Shown here one piece after another: positions 39,757 through 53,888 of a DNA stretch of 64,000 nt. Both the position numbers and the translations under genes were made by a program. Source of the stretch: Tubulanus polymorphus. Lineage: Eukaryota > Animalia > Nemertea. The stretch's first letter is position 1, and each line of letters starts with the position of its first letter. The stretch is from positions 9,961,859 through 10,025,858 of the forward strand of contig NC_134036.1 of the NCBI RefSeq assembly GCF_964204645.1. Direction: 5' to 3'. A model generated the notes under the pieces. That model searched no databases. It was not told the DNA's origin and worked only from the letters and a program-made list of their open reading frames with translations.

Positions 39757-42700
39757 GCTGGGGACACATTAGGCAATTTCGTCGAGCACTTATGTTGTGC
39801 AACGAAATCGTCAGTAAAATCACCTAATTTGTCAGGGTCTGCGCCGACTGAATCGCCCGAATCCAACACGTCCTTCGACTGAATCACCCAACGCATCAGG
39901 ACACGGTGATTGTTCACCTCGAGCGCCATATTAAACGTTAAACCCTCCCCTTTTCTGACCAAGTGCCCTTTTGAATCACAGGTGAAAAATTCCACCCTAT
40001 GATCGAAGTGCACAAACCCCATACTACCGTTTCACACCGTGAGACCTGTATTGACTAGTGCCCTTTTCATAAGAGCTGAACCCTCGTTCTTCCAGCTTGG
40101 ATCCGCCCCTGTAAATCAACAACAAATGAACGCTAGCCATTATATATTGAATTCATGTACTTACGTATTATTTAGCTGACCCGGTTTGGGTCCAACTTTT
40201 TTCCTCATGGAAGACTTTCATTGCTTTGCATCCAGTCCAATGCCTTGACAATTAGTTCTTCTTTTAAATGAGTGGACGACAGCATGCATGCACCCAACAG
40301 TATTAGGTTTTCAGAATAATCAGCGTATGGCAGCAGCTGTTGTATCATTCAATAGTGAGTAGGCATCCTAAAATGAGAAGAATTTACAATGCTCACGCTG
40401 TAATCTATACTAAAACCATTTCGACGCTCATATAATCTATTATGTAAATACCTGATTTTCATCACACTGTCATTGTTGAGAAATCAGTGGAAAATTGAAG
40501 GCTCTCTCGCGCTAACATCATTTTCCAACAATCCCCTGGTGGATACATTTTTAAGCCAAAAAATGGGAATTCCAATTTTATAGTGTCGGTCTGGATCAAT
40601 TCTTATTGGTGTAGACCCTATAAAGTTTGAAAAAAAATGGTCAAGAATTGATTGCACTAACGTCGTTTTTGCCGACAATCGAAACTCCGACAGCGACCTA
40701 ATTTCATGTCCAGCATACAAATTTAATGGCGATGATGGGCGCACAACAAAATCAAAATGATCCTGCGGTTTTTAGATTGGATGAATAAACACCAAAGAAA
40801 CTCCATTTTTATCCCTCACGATTGGAATGATCACTCACAATTTTTTCACTGGACATTCAATCATTTAAGGCCTACTAATAACCATAACTAATTCAAATTC
40901 AATTCAATACTAAAAATAAAGATTCTAGGCCTACAATATTTACTTAGTCATGTTAGTTTTCATTCCAATAAGCATATTCTTTTAGTGACCTTGTGGTGGC
41001 CTGAAGCCCAACACAATAAACGTTTACTTTACTACATGTACATAACAATAATAATACCTGAACAATCCACAACGCGTCCTTTAAACGCGGGATAATAAAT
41101 CAAATGGCCTTCGACTTTTTCTGTTCCACTTCCATTCGAATCCACTCTAATGAATCTAATCATTCAATGATCCACTATGTGTTTCACCTCAAACAAAGAA
41201 GCAGTGTCACTTTTGGTCCAGTTGTCAATGATCCCCTATTATACATCGTCATCCAATGCGTTTTGCAATCATTATGAGAATATAATACTGAATAGATCGT
41301 CAAAGCCTGTGAAAACGGCGTGAAAACGTGTTGCTTAACAATGGCAATATGGCTGCCACCGCGCAGGGGTGCTTGGGAGTTTAATTGAAATAGATTATTT
41401 AATTATTAATAAGTTTTACATCAGCATTTTAGTTCTTTTAGAATTTAAGAATAATCGTGATAAGTGATATTTAATTAGTAAAAAAATTACTTATACTAAG
41501 TTATTATGAAGCTAAGGCAAAATCAATTAAGTAAGTTGAAAATAACGATTCAGTGAAGAAATGACGATCATTTAAATATACGCTGTATTATAAAAATAGA
41601 CAAAAAGGTGCATGAATAAGGCCTGTTAGTATTTAATTCAACATTTAGATGAGATTATTTTGTCTAGGTTGTTTTTCTGTTCATTGAAAACCATTCAATC
41701 GGAGCTAGTCAGTTCGTCAGTGAGGTTTTCATTTTAGTAGTATTCCAAAATGGAAGACAAATAACATAAAGATGCACTTTTTAGTGGAAAAGTTACCGGT
41801 AAATATCGATGTATACCAACCGAATTCGTCTTTTGCAAGCATGGAGTTTGAAAAAGAAATTGCAAGTAGAAGGCCAGTTAAAATACGCGAGTAGGCCTAC
41901 ATGTTAAACATTTGGAGGTAAGATCATTTTAAATCTAAGCAAATCAAATTGACTTTATTGGTCCTTATCAATAATAATGTTAAACAAGTAAATTATTGGT
42001 TTGACAGCTCAATAAAGTTGACAGGACAAACAAGAGACATGGAGAATTATGCTATTGCATAGGCCAATTGTTTAGTTTAATGTTAATGTTGTTAGTTTTC
42101 ACAAGCGGGCTCTCAGTGCTAATTGAGGGGATGGCCTCTGTCTGTCTCAGTGTCTGTATATTGGACGATCGCATTGTACCACATACTTTTTATGTGTATA
42201 ACATACAAAATATGGTGTATACATATATAATGGATAATGTATGATAGACAATGCTAGGTATTTCGTATATATGCCCTTACAGACAAAAAATCCAGGTCCG
42301 TTATGCATGTTCATCGCAACAATAGGCTACGAAATCGCTAGCTGGAAACCAACCTACGTATAGGCCTACTGTAGCCTTAAGTTCTATATGCTTGGGAATA
42401 ATTTATTCTCAAATTACTTCTTGTTTTGTAGTTTGTAATATGTTGCTAAATGATGGACATTTTGATTTTTCAAGAAGTCGATTTTGAGAATCTGGAAGAT
42501 TTAAGAATTGAAAATGGCCACAATCCACCAATAATGCAGACAATGGTTGTGACGACGTAAGTTAGTAATACAGTGCCTTATGACTAAAGTGAATGCAATC
42601 ATAATTGCCAATCTACTCATCTGATATGAACTTGACCAATCACCAAAATGTTTAATCTGTTTTGCAGCCACAGCTCATTGATGGAAATAGATGATCCTCT

Positions 42701-45700
42701 CCACACAAATGCTGAGGTGACCCTTCGTGGGGCTGTTACTACTATTATGATGTTCTCCCTCAAAGCTGGATCCACATCAACTGTTTTGACTGGATTGTTG
42801 GATCGGTTGAATTTACTGTTACTGAGAAGCGGTTCTACGCAGTTCTAAATGCCTATTTTGAAAAGATTTTCTCTATGTGCGGAGGTGAACAAATATTACT
42901 GCACTGTATGTAAGACATTATTAAAAAAACTGCAGGTATGATACAAATGTTCATTATGTGATATACAGTACGATAAGGCAACATTAGAGGAAAAAGGACA
43001 TTTTTTGTGTATGGGCCTACAAGGAAAGCAGAACACTTGGAGCTGGTGACAGCAATATATTCAACATTTTTCATAAATAACATTGTAATTCGGGGCTTGG
43101 GCAGTCCCCTAAGCCTCTAGTTATCTTGATAATAAATGAAATATCCAAAATTTTTTGTTCAGATCATGATTTTTGTGAAACAGTTTTTGGATTTATTCAG
43201 AGGGCAACAAAGACATGTGCTTCATTCATACAGGATCCAATCTAGTCAATACAGGACAAACAACATGATTTTTTGACATGGCATCCTGGAAAAAACTACT
43301 AAATGAGGATCAAACAATTAAAAAGACAGGAGATTCCTTCAATTCTCCGAACATTACATGCAAAATCTTACTTTTTATGAAATCATGTGAAGCTAAATGA
43401 TGTAATTACAAATTTTATTGCAGTTTACAAAAGTGACCAATTATGAGAAACAAGGTACATGTATAATTTTTTAGCCAAGGTACATGCATCCAGATTGCAC
43501 ATGTATTTCAGAAGCCACACATGAATTTACACGTGTTTTTAAAATACACGTCCTAAGTTACACGTGTATTTCAAAATACACATCTTCAGTACACGTGTAA
43601 TTCAAAATACATGTCCAAACTACACGTGTATTTTAGAAATACACGTGTTTTACACATGTACTTCAAAATACATGTCAAAAGTACACGTGTAATTTCATAT
43701 TACACGTGTATTACACGTGTATTTAGCTAAATACACGTGTACCATTTTCATAAGGGGAATGGATCAAAAAGACTCAATAACTTCAAGGAGTTTTTAGAAT
43801 GGGCGTGGATCTTCAATAATTTGTGTACATGATTACCAGTAAAACTATTAGATTGCCAGGCAATACCATTTTCATGCAACTTATTATCAAGGGCTATTTA
43901 TATTGGACCCATATTGAATTTCCGAGTGAATTGATTTCGGAGATGATCGATCAGGCAATAAACGAATTTCTAGGGCTCTTTGATAACACATGGTAAATCA
44001 CCTTCGGTTTGAAATATCATTACCATAGTTGTTGAAATCCTTTTGCCAGTAGTATGGCCTACACTGGTGGCGGTGAAATACATGACTGCTGCCCTGACGA
44101 ATAACAACACATTGTTCGTTATGTGGCGCATTACCATTTGAACAGTACACATTGATTTGGTTTTGGGACATCTATTACTGGAATCAAACAAATAGCGCCG
44201 GAACAGTTTGAAGAACTAGAAGCTTTTTTTCTTAGCAATTTGTGAGTTTTAACACTGAAGATTATTTTTATTAAGGTCAGCTTAGCCAGCTAATCTTCAA
44301 GTTGCCCATTGTTCATATAAGATTGAATCTCTCTCATTTAGCGTTGTTTTGTCTACGTAGCTCCCGGTAGCGTTGTTCAACCAATTGCATAATTTGCTAT
44401 CCAATTCCTATGGACATATGAATGGATGGGGGTACGAAATAAGTAATTTCCACTGGTGGTAAAAGCATGGGATGATTTACGCTGTGACTCCATTGGAATG
44501 CAGCGTTTAAGTCTTGTAAATATGTAAGTGATATTTTGGATACTATGGCGCAGTCCTTTTTTGTTTCGCAAATCGTCGAGAGTTACATGACACTAGAGCC
44601 ACGGGTATGTCGATGAACTCCCTTGATGCCCCAGCATGGATGTTTCCGATGAGAAATAGCCTCAACATATTCTGTATGACTACATCCTTCCACGCCAATC
44701 ATCAATTATCCAGACAATCGATCTATGTTTGAAGCCGATAAATTTCTGAACTATACCATCCAACCTTGCCCAAACATCTTCTAAGGAAACTAAACGCACC
44801 TTCCGTTTTTGGAGGTTGAACCAAATTTTGCCTAGCAACACCAACATACTCTAAAATGGCGGCTGGTGTGGATAATTTTGTCATGTCTGGTGCCGAGTTC
44901 TCTTCAGATCCATTATCTCAATCTAAGCTTAGTGACGCATATGATTCTGAACTTGAGACAGATAAAGGTCCCGCACGAAAAAAAGGAAAACATTTGATTT
45001 TGATAGACGAAGAAGATTTTTGTGTATAGTTAAGGAAACTACTTATTTTTCATGAAAATTACCAGTTAAAAGGTTGGTTCCTTAGAAATTTCTGAAAATA
45101 CTTAAACCATAAGTAGCGAAGTTTACGTCACTCTGCTGTGCCCAGGCGTCCGCTAGACGGGTCTGCCTAGCTCAACCGCACTTGGGTAGTTAAATCGGCT
45201 AGGAGACTCCTGTCTTCCCAGGAAAATTAGTAGTTTAAAATATATAAAATTTGTTCGTCTTATGTGAAAACTATCGTTAAAAAGCGCTTTCGCATTATGC
45301 TCTCCTCCAAACAGTCGCCTCCCTACTCCACGTAGCCTTAATCTGTGTGGCCAATGCAAACCCCCAACCCACTCTCCTCTGAGTAACCCGGGTTATGGGC
45401 TTCCCTCTAACGAACATCTCGGTGTTGATTACTCGGCGGATATTGCTAACCCCATTCCAAGTTCGCTTTGCTACCATAGCGCTGTCCCCAGTCATCTCAG
45501 GAGCTAAATGCGAGTCATGCCAGATCTGTAAAACTAGCCATATGCGTAAGTGTCGACGGTAACGGAGGTCAGATCCTGATATCTAATTAGATATTTATGC
45601 AGCAGAAAAACAACGGAAATCCTCATTCTATCAGTGCCAGAAAATCGAATAAACGCAGGTCCTGAAGTTTGATTTGAATGTTAAATGGTCTTTAGAATTT

Positions 45701-46099
45701 GTATTTTCTTTTAATTATAAAAACAACTTTCTAGATGCCATAAAGGCATCACGTCAGCATACGAATTACTCCTGCATACTATCTATCAGAAATCTCGTCC
45801 CTTCAAGCCCAAGAATATTTACAAGTATATTTATACGACCCGAGCCGGATCATCTTCTGACACGTCGTGCAGAAGAGACGACCAAACGACCGAGTTGGTG
45901 AGATCGTGTCTTTTCTAAGGTCGACATTAATAGACGAGCATTGAACATAAAGACGCGAGAGCTAGGATGGACGCGCGGCTAAGAAATCTACGACAGAGTG
46001 TCAAGTAGTTAACTACGAGCGTTGTCATTAATCAACAGTTAAGAAATATACGACGGAGCATCAAACAGTTAATGACGAACGTTGTCGTTACTCAACGAA

Positions 46100-48563
46100 C
46101 GACGTGTATTGTCGATATTTTACGACGGCGCGCCAAATTGAAAATCTCGACGTAAACGTTCGGATACGAGACTGGTGACGTTTATCAGGCGTAGCAACGA
46201 CTGCGTATTTGAAAGAGGAGTTACAACTGTTAAATATAGAAGATTGCAATAGTCGGAAGAGATAAGAATATATCGGCATAGGTCTACGAAGATAGCACGG
46301 AAGATATACTATTAAAACGACGATAGCGTTAGGATGACACCGCCAAAGGAGATTCGACAGACGACAAGGTCACCTAGGATGGACTTGTGAATAATTGGCA
46401 GTATTTACATGATTGATTGCAGCGTTAAGGACGAGACTAGTGATTGCCCGTCACCAAAAACGCAGGCTCCGGGCGCAACGGCATCCGTGATTCGCTGGGG
46501 GAGGAATGTTAAAACCACTCCAGCGACCTTGAGTGAACCAGTAGACACCCGGAAGCCCATGAAGATGAGGAATCGAATCGACTTCTTACATAATCTGTCG
46601 GTTTGACGTTCGTTTTATTCAGTACGAGACGTATTCAGTTCGGTTTAATTCGTTTAAATGAGCTCTGACAGTTTCGACCTTTGATCTGAAAAGACACTTA
46701 CCTAATTAATCGCAGCTTTCATAAGCCGCCATCGGGTTTCCGCGGAGTTTTTGCTATACCACCATTCGCTTACGAATATCTTCTTGAACTGTTCGGCTGA
46801 TTTTTCTCGGGCCTCATCCCTGCATCGGATTGAATCAACGATCTTCCCTGCAACGCAATGGTTAAGCAAATGGCCCACCATATTCCCAAGACATTCCAAT
46901 TCCCATGACAAGACGCCGCATTGTCCGAGCATTCTATGATACCCGGGAGATATCATTTTTTTTCTAAAGTTTGCCTCCTAGGGCGTGTAATTCCAGGGCT
47001 GCCTGGCGTTTAAATAAGAGTGTCCGCTAGACACTGTCGTGTAACTCATTTTTCATCCTGTCGAATAGTTCGACGATATCCTATAATCTAAGTAACGCGC
47101 TGAGCAGAACGTGACTGGCACTTCTGACACAGGAAGTTTCCGGATTCTCGTCGTCGTCTTCGTCGTCTTTAGCGGTGAATCGACTTATTTGACGAGACGG
47201 ACATCTTTTTGTGTGCCGCCACAGCGATGATGAAGACAAAATGCTTTGCAATACTGGCACGGTATGTGGTCGAATGGATCGGTGTTGTCACCCCGGCAGC
47301 TAACGATAAGGGTTCCTTCCTCAGTTTTCAAGACATTGATGTTGTGTAGGAAATCCCTTCATTTGTTAGTAGTTTCCATTCCAATCTTCGAATTTTTGAT
47401 CCAATCGGCAATTTCATAATACGCTTTACTTCCTCCTTATCCAAATGATTATTCTCTAGATGTCGAGAAATCTTAGTAGATGAATCGGGAGAGTATAAAC
47501 AGAAATGCACTCTATCATATCGCTTGTTCTTTCGCTTTTGACAGGTTCTATTACTTGGAGTATAACTATGAAAATACTATGAATTTCGGTGAATTCAAAA
47601 ATATTTGCAGTATCAAAGAGAAATAAGGTTACAATAAATACAAAGTCCAATTGTTCAGGATGCTCTCTGTAAAAGGCGAAGTGCGATCGGGTCATCGCTG
47701 TGTACGAAGAAACACCAAAACACCGGTACTATCGCTATTCGTTTTCAAGGGGGTTCAAAAAGTCCTGGTTATAGAATATACCATTTGAAGGTTTGAGCGC
47801 ATCGAAAACTTAGTTTGCCAAAAATTATTTTTCTTTTTAATTGTTCGTGTTATGCTCGATGAGACGGCTGTAGGACTAACTGCGTAGATACGATTCTCAC
47901 AATTCTGACACAGACACAGAATTGTGAAACAATTCGGTCAACAGTAAGGATTGATAATAAGGTTGGCAATGGGTCGTTGAATTCACATGTTTATTCGCAA
48001 GGTTCCGCAAGTACAGCGGGGGTGGTCTCCGCGGGAACTGCGTGTCCGGTACGTGTCCGGTACGGGCGTTGACGTTCGAGCAAGTAATGATAAATTCAAA
48101 GGTTCTTCGATACCTTCTAAGACGATTTATGAAGAAACATCGAAGCTGCACCGCGCAGCTGATTCCGGCAAAGGAATGTCTAAACAGTCGTATAATGTCG
48201 GAGTTACGATAGGCGGACGCGACGAATTGGCTGGCGGAGGAGGCGAATACTCTCTTGTGGAGCCAGTCTCATGGGCTGCTGAGTGCTTGTCACTAGTGAT
48301 ATGATCAGTAGGCGTACAAACATTACTGGTTGAACTTACAGCAACTGATCTCGTATTCATAATCTCTTCATCTATAAATCATACAATTAGAATTCAAATA
48401 GACATGGCCCCTTATTCCAAGCTGTAAGGGTGAAATATAAACTAAACAGTATATTTTTCTCTTACCTTTAGCTTTTAAAGCGGCCTCTAATTCACGTATT
48501 TTAGCCCTCATTCGTTCTATTTCAGCGACTAATTCCGTACGCTCGCAAACTCGCGGTTTATCT
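46100..48563 (-). pseudogene. Second, heavily decayed gene of the same recombinase-element family as 1-2425
   Basis: 47200-47515 gives HFCLYSPDSSTKISRHLENNH...LLTNEG/NFLHNINVL...HIPCQYC...LWRHTKRC, matching the Zn-finger region at ~720-1060; ~46760 gives FKKIFVSEW; a coiled-coil exon lies at ~48465-48563. Confidence 0.6.
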
Positions 48564-48930
48564 GTAAAAATAATACCAGAAATAGATCTTTATGAGATAT
48601 CCTCAGTGAGGGCCGTTTCTAATCAAGAGGTTGCTTGTGCCAGTCATCATCAGCAAAAACAACAAGACACCCCTTACGAAAATGGTACACGTGTATGGTA
48701 CAGCTTAGAATTAAGGTTCGAATCCCGAAATTATTAAAACAATTTTTTTAGGCATAACATGCTTACAAACCTTCATTGTGATGATGTATCGTTTATTTGC
48801 TTGATCTTATAAGGCTTCGTTCATTTAAACTGCCCAATATTTTTCCATTGGGCACCAAAGGATGGCCACCAAAGGGCCGAAGACGAAATGTATGTACGAC
48901 CTCCTGTAGCTTCAGCTTGGACGTTTGAAA

Positions 48931-49005
48931 ATGGAACAATGCTCTTAAAACATGTTGTTAGATGGAGATGGAACAATGCTCTTAAAACATGTTGTTAGAT
49001 GGAGA
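48931..49005. repeat. 37-bp tandem duplication
   Basis: tggaacaatgctcttaaaacatgttgttagatggaga x2. Confidence 0.85.
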
Positions 49006-49624
49006 TAAGAGATACGTGCCCATAAGCCAAAGTGGGTTAGGGTAGGGGTAAATATTGTTAGATTTGAGACAAGATATACGTGCACATAAGCCAAAAATGA
49101 AAAACGGCATGTTACGGGTAAAGGTATAGAGGGCGCTACGTCAAAGTTAGGAACCATTTATTCAATACACACTTAAAAGGAGTCCTTTGCTATAACCCTA
49201 CCTGATTTCGTGACTGTCAGTATATGATTAAGTGCGTTCTTGTCTCTTCAAAAATCTACTATCACTAGGGTTAACCGTAACATTAGACACACGTGCACAT
49301 AAGCCACATGTAATTAAACGCGTTAAAAATCGCTCCTTACCCTTGACAACAATCAATTATACTTTGCTGACATCTGAAAACATTAAAACATTTATTATAA
49401 CCATATCTTACCTCATAATGTCTAACTCGCGTAGAATATTCCTAAAAACAATTTGGTTTCTTGTGTTCAGAATAAGTAAGATGTTTACGGTACAATGTTG
49501 ACACAACTCCTTCAATCCAGGGACTGATGAAACAAAGGTCGAATCCCATAAAGAGATAAATTTTTCTTCTTCTTTGGAACTTCACATAAAAGGTTGATAT
49601 CGCCACTTCTGGTCTTTAGGGGCC

Positions 49625-50358
49625 TTAAAACATTAGGTGAACATAAGGTAAATTATGAACATTGTATACTATCGCATCGGGAGCATACAGCTCTGAATAA
49701 TGCTCCACAAACGTCACCAAAAGATCATGTGCATATTTAATAAAATCATGATTCATACATAATCTTGGGCAGCACAAAATGTTTATACTAGTTGATTGCA
49801 AGAGAAAATTTTTGTAAAATTCCTCGGGTATTAGTTGGTGTAGAGCAACTACTCCGGTATACAATAAAAAAGACGATACTTAGAGGCTTTCCAATACGCT
49901 AGTTCATTCATAGACCTTCCCTTACGATTGAAATCAGAAGCGATAAAACTTACAAATGAGAGTAATCTATCAGATATATCAATGATAGTATTACGACCGA
50001 TACGATTTTCTAAGGGTCCTTTAACCCATGTAGAAATGAGCCGTTCCATTACTCCTAAGCACACAAGATGCATGTAGTCTAAAGGAAATCCAGACACCAT
50101 TCCAAGGTCAAGTTCAGTAAGGGGTGATATAGAAGTATGATGGTTTATATCTTTCATTTGAATGAAATCGAAGTCATTCCGCAATCGATCATTCAAACTT
50201 GGAAACGTCATCCGATGACTGGAATACTTTCCCTTGGTTGTACATTTTTCACAATCATAATACCCAGTGTGTGATTTAATACATTTAACAAATGCCCTTG
50301 CTGTGGCATCACATATGAAAGCCTGTATTTTCAAAGTAAGAAGGATATTTTCATACAC
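49625..50358 (-). pseudogene. EnSpm/CACTA-type transposase fragment (frameshifted)
   Basis: FICDATARAFVKCIKSHTGYYDCEKC, PLDYMHLVCLGV and VYNVHNL motifs; frameshift at ~49860. Confidence 0.88.
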
Positions 50359-50384
50359 AAATCCCTTAAATGGTTATTAACTTA

Positions 50385-51129
50385 CCTCATAGACTTTGAA
50401 CACATTTTCGCTTTTTTCACCTAACACAGCCATAAGTAGGAGAATAACACCGTGCACTTGTGGTTCGACACATTTCATTTCATTGCACTGTTTTTCGATC
50501 ACGGCAATCCAATCCTCCATTGCAGTGGATTCATTAGCGATTGACTTAACAAACTTCCAAATGCGATTAGCTTTGTTCCTGGCATAGAGCGCCTCATTAA
50601 ATAAGTCTCTCGAATTGACCTGCATGAGCGTATCAAAATGGTCCATTAAAACTTCATAACGGAAAAGAAATGGCCATTCATCTACAACTGGCACAACCCC
50701 GCCCTGATTACGGTTGATACATTTCCTTTGCGATGCGTACGTAGCATTCATAGTCTGCCTAATCGTTTGAAGATCAGATGTATCACCTTTTGAATACAGT
50801 TCCTTCAAAAAAGTTTGTTCATCAGCTTGCGATTCCGCGGTCTCGCCCTCTAGTAAACTGCATTCCCAGTTCACACAGCCATACTTATCAGTAGCATTTT
50901 TCTTCGATTTTCTGTTGCCAGCGTTTTCATCCACACCAGCCCTGGACCTATTGCAATTGACTATTTGCCAATGAATAGCCTTTGAAAGAGATTGAGACCC
51001 ATCTCCCAATGGTCTCCCCTGTAAATCCGTATCTTTTAGACACGGATACCGGCGTGTTACAGCTAACGCGATTCTCCTTAACGAAGGAAAACCATTGTCG
51101 ATTTTTTTGTCCACGATTTCGCTTGCCAT
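50385..51129 (-). pseudogene. Fragment of an accessory (ORF2-type) protein of an animal EnSpm-like element
   Basis: YPCLKD...GDGSQSL, TYASQRKCIN...DEWPFLF; ends at a GT donor; adjacent to the transposase fragment. Confidence 0.6.
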
Positions 51130-52249
51130 TATGTTTTTAAGAACTTGAATTGAGACGGATTTAATGTTTGATTACTTTCCAACGATTTACTAATATCTGA
51201 CGGGAATTTCGAAATCGGCATCCGAAATTCAAATTCTGGCTCAGAATCCATTGACTCAGTGGACGCCGGCGAAAGTGGTATGGTGGATGATGGTGATAAC
51301 GGCATACCTGATCCTGGTGAAAGTAGTAACGTGGATGCTGGCGACAGCGGTACAGTCGAAACTGGTGAAGAGGGACACGCAGCAACCAGTTGTGTTTACG
51401 GACAATTGGACTACGATTATTCGACTTAGTTGCATAAAGTGCCGAACTATTGTCGTACGTTGGATATCGTGATTTGAACAATTCGCGAACATCTCTACAG
51501 CAATACTAAGAATAAGCTTCGCGCACTCATCGTGACCTTTTAGGAAATCGATATTTTTGGTATCCGCGAACAAATCTATCGCGCGCGATCGTGACCATCA
51601 ACCAAACGTGGAGTCATCAGGTGGGCCTAGAAAGCACACAATAATCCAAGGCAATCCATTTCATCTGGGCATGCGAAGATCCAAGGCAATAAATCATCTC
51701 TTGTCTGGGGTAAAAGTTGATCGGGGCATGCAACAATCTGAGACAATTGTCCTGGGTCCGAGGCATGCCAAAAACTGAGGTTATTGACTCTGGGGAAAAG
51801 GGAACCGCTACTTAATTACAAATCCAAAATTAGCTTTTTGATTCAAATGGTTTGTAATTAGCATGGATACATTTTTCTCCCTCGTCAAAGAGGCATCTAA
51901 GCTGAGCATGCATGTAAAAATAAGTGATTAATGCTAATTTAAAGAAAAAGTTATTATTTATCACCGGCACTATAAAATATTCATAAAGCTTCCATTACAT
52001 TTCTGATTTATTATACATTACAGATCATTAATCACTGAAAGAATGTTTTTCAAGGGTGACAGATGAAGTTATTCATAAGTAAGATCATTTTATTTATTCA
52101 CCGTTCTAATAATACAAACATGTACGCCTTGCTCGTGGATAAGAATATGTGTAAATGATCAATAACACTATTTTGACTTTCAGTTTTGAAAGAATTTATG
52201 AAGTTATTTTCCGAGAATTCTGATTTGAGAATTAAATTAGATTCATCAA

Positions 52250-53483
52250 GTGAAAAAGTATTGGGATGGAATTCAGTGAAGATACTTTATTCATGATCAA
52301 TAAATACCCACCTAAGATTCTGAGAGATTCGTTGACTACGAAGCTTACAAAGCGTAATGTACTCAGTGTAGTGAGTGAAGTGTATGATGTCACCGGTTAT
52401 CTCGGTCCGTTTTTACTCATGGCTAAAGTCAGAATGCAAGAAATATGGAAATTAAATTTGGATTTGGACGATGATTTACCCTGCAGCATCAAAGAATTCT
52501 GGATCGAATTTCTGAAAAAAATTAAAAGCATTGACCAAGTGTCAATTAGAAGAAGCTTAACTCCTGAGGATGCGATTGGAAAACCTACGTTACTAATTTT
52601 CTGTGATGCAGCGCAATCCGGATACGGAGCTGTTGCTTACGTGAGATGGCAGATATCAAATGGAACATATGAATGTCGATTTGTCTGTTCAAAAAATCGT
52701 GTTAGCCCATTAAGAGCGTTAAGCATACATCAACTAAAGCTAAACTCATGTGTAATTGGAGCACGGTTACATGATAGTATACTTTCTGGATCTCGATTGG
52801 ACTTCGAAAAATCGATCTTATTTACTGATTCGAAAATTTGCTTAGCGTGGATTCAGTCCCAGTCTAGGAATTTGAAACCCTTCACTTCAGTAAGAGTCGG
52901 AGAGATTCATATGCGAACGAAAATTTGCGACTGGTATCATGTACCCAGCTCGTTAAATGTGGCTGATGACCTTACTCGAGGTTTACATTTATCGCAATTG
53001 TATGGTCGTTGGACGACTGGAGACTCATTTCTCTTTCGACCCGAGAGAGAGTGGCCATTCAACGTGGGTCAGGATCACATTTAATTGAATGATGGTGATA
53101 ATCGGGTACTGCATGATTCAATTATCAAGAAGGCTGCAGTAACAGTCACAATCATCAACCCACCAGAATTTAACGAAAAATTCTCATCGTTTGACAAAGC
53201 TATTAGAGTGACAGCATATATATTGCGTTTCATATCTATTGTGAAAAATCAGATGAAAGTTGAAAAATCAAACATTCCAGTCGATGAATTTAATGTCGCA
53301 AGAGAGAAACTGATAGTCTTATCTCAGAGAACTCTGGAGATGAAGAAGCTAAAATCGTTAACGCCTGAGAAAACTGACAAAGGAATCATCGTAGTAAGGG
53401 GACGAACTGATTCATACGAACATTACCGTCCACCAATATTACCGTACTCCGCCTACCTGTCATATTCGATAGTACGGCAGTAA
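52250..53483 (+). pseudogene. BEL/Pao LTR retrotransposon pol fragment (RT end plus RNase H)
   Basis: TKRNVLSVVSEVYDVTGYLGP, IFCDAAQSGYGAVAYVR, SKNRVSPL, FTDSKICLAWI, WYHVPSSLNVADDLTRG; in-frame stop at 53082; no LTRs seen. Confidence 0.92.
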
Positions 53484-53562
53484 TTGGAAAAGTAGGCTTT
53501 CAGATCAGAGGTCGAAGGTCGAGACACCACTCATCACCACAAGTAATTTTTTCCCCTAATAA

Positions 53563-53888
53563 ATGGGAGATAGAAAAGCATTCTTAGTAACAATAAATAA
53601 CAGAATTAAACCAGCAAAAAACAATTTGAAATAAAAAAGTTAGTTGATGTTACAAAAGAAATTGAACATAAAATATTGAAATTAGAAAAGATAAAAACTA
53701 AATATGGAGAGAAAGTATCAGCAAATTTAAGCTACTGTAATGTTAGTACATCGCGAGAATTTAAAGTATTTTTTCCTGATTAATGGGTTTCATTGAGTAC
53801 AGAGGAATTAAAAGATTTAGAAGGATTTAAAATAATCTATCATGGGAAAAATGAAGACGGTCATCATGATTTAGAAATTGTTGATTAA
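53563..53888 (+). pseudogene. Small Polinton-like virus gene remnant on the opposite strand
   Basis: Same upstream signal taattttttcccctaataaATG; MGDRKAFLV...; frameshift and internal stop. Confidence 0.45.

Larger units (their letters stand above)
38077..43756 (+). mobile_element. EnSpm/CACTA (CMC) deletion derivative, 5,680 bp
   Basis: 25-bp TIRs cccttatgaaaatggtacacgtgta; 2-bp TSD GA (38075-38076, 43757-43758); subterminal tacacgtgta arrays at both ends; transposase N-terminal remnant DDPLHTNAEVTLRGAVTTIMMFSLK at ~42690-42830. Confidence 0.85.
37750..44700 (-). pseudogene. Decayed Transib/Chapaev (RAG1-like) DDE transposase interrupted by an EnSpm insertion
   Basis: Minus-strand motifs in colinear order: GHQGSSSTYPWL*CH (~44580-44635), VPPSIHMSIGI (~44400-44435), FTGNHVHKLLK (~43810-43845); beyond the insertion, TITARTQIHIYHVPE...DEQGLQSKHA (~37820-37925). 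Confidence 0.65.

Noticed and set aside
51256-51573. FADTK resembling a reverse-transcriptase FADD motif
   Set aside because: Second Asp missing and no other RT motifs nearby
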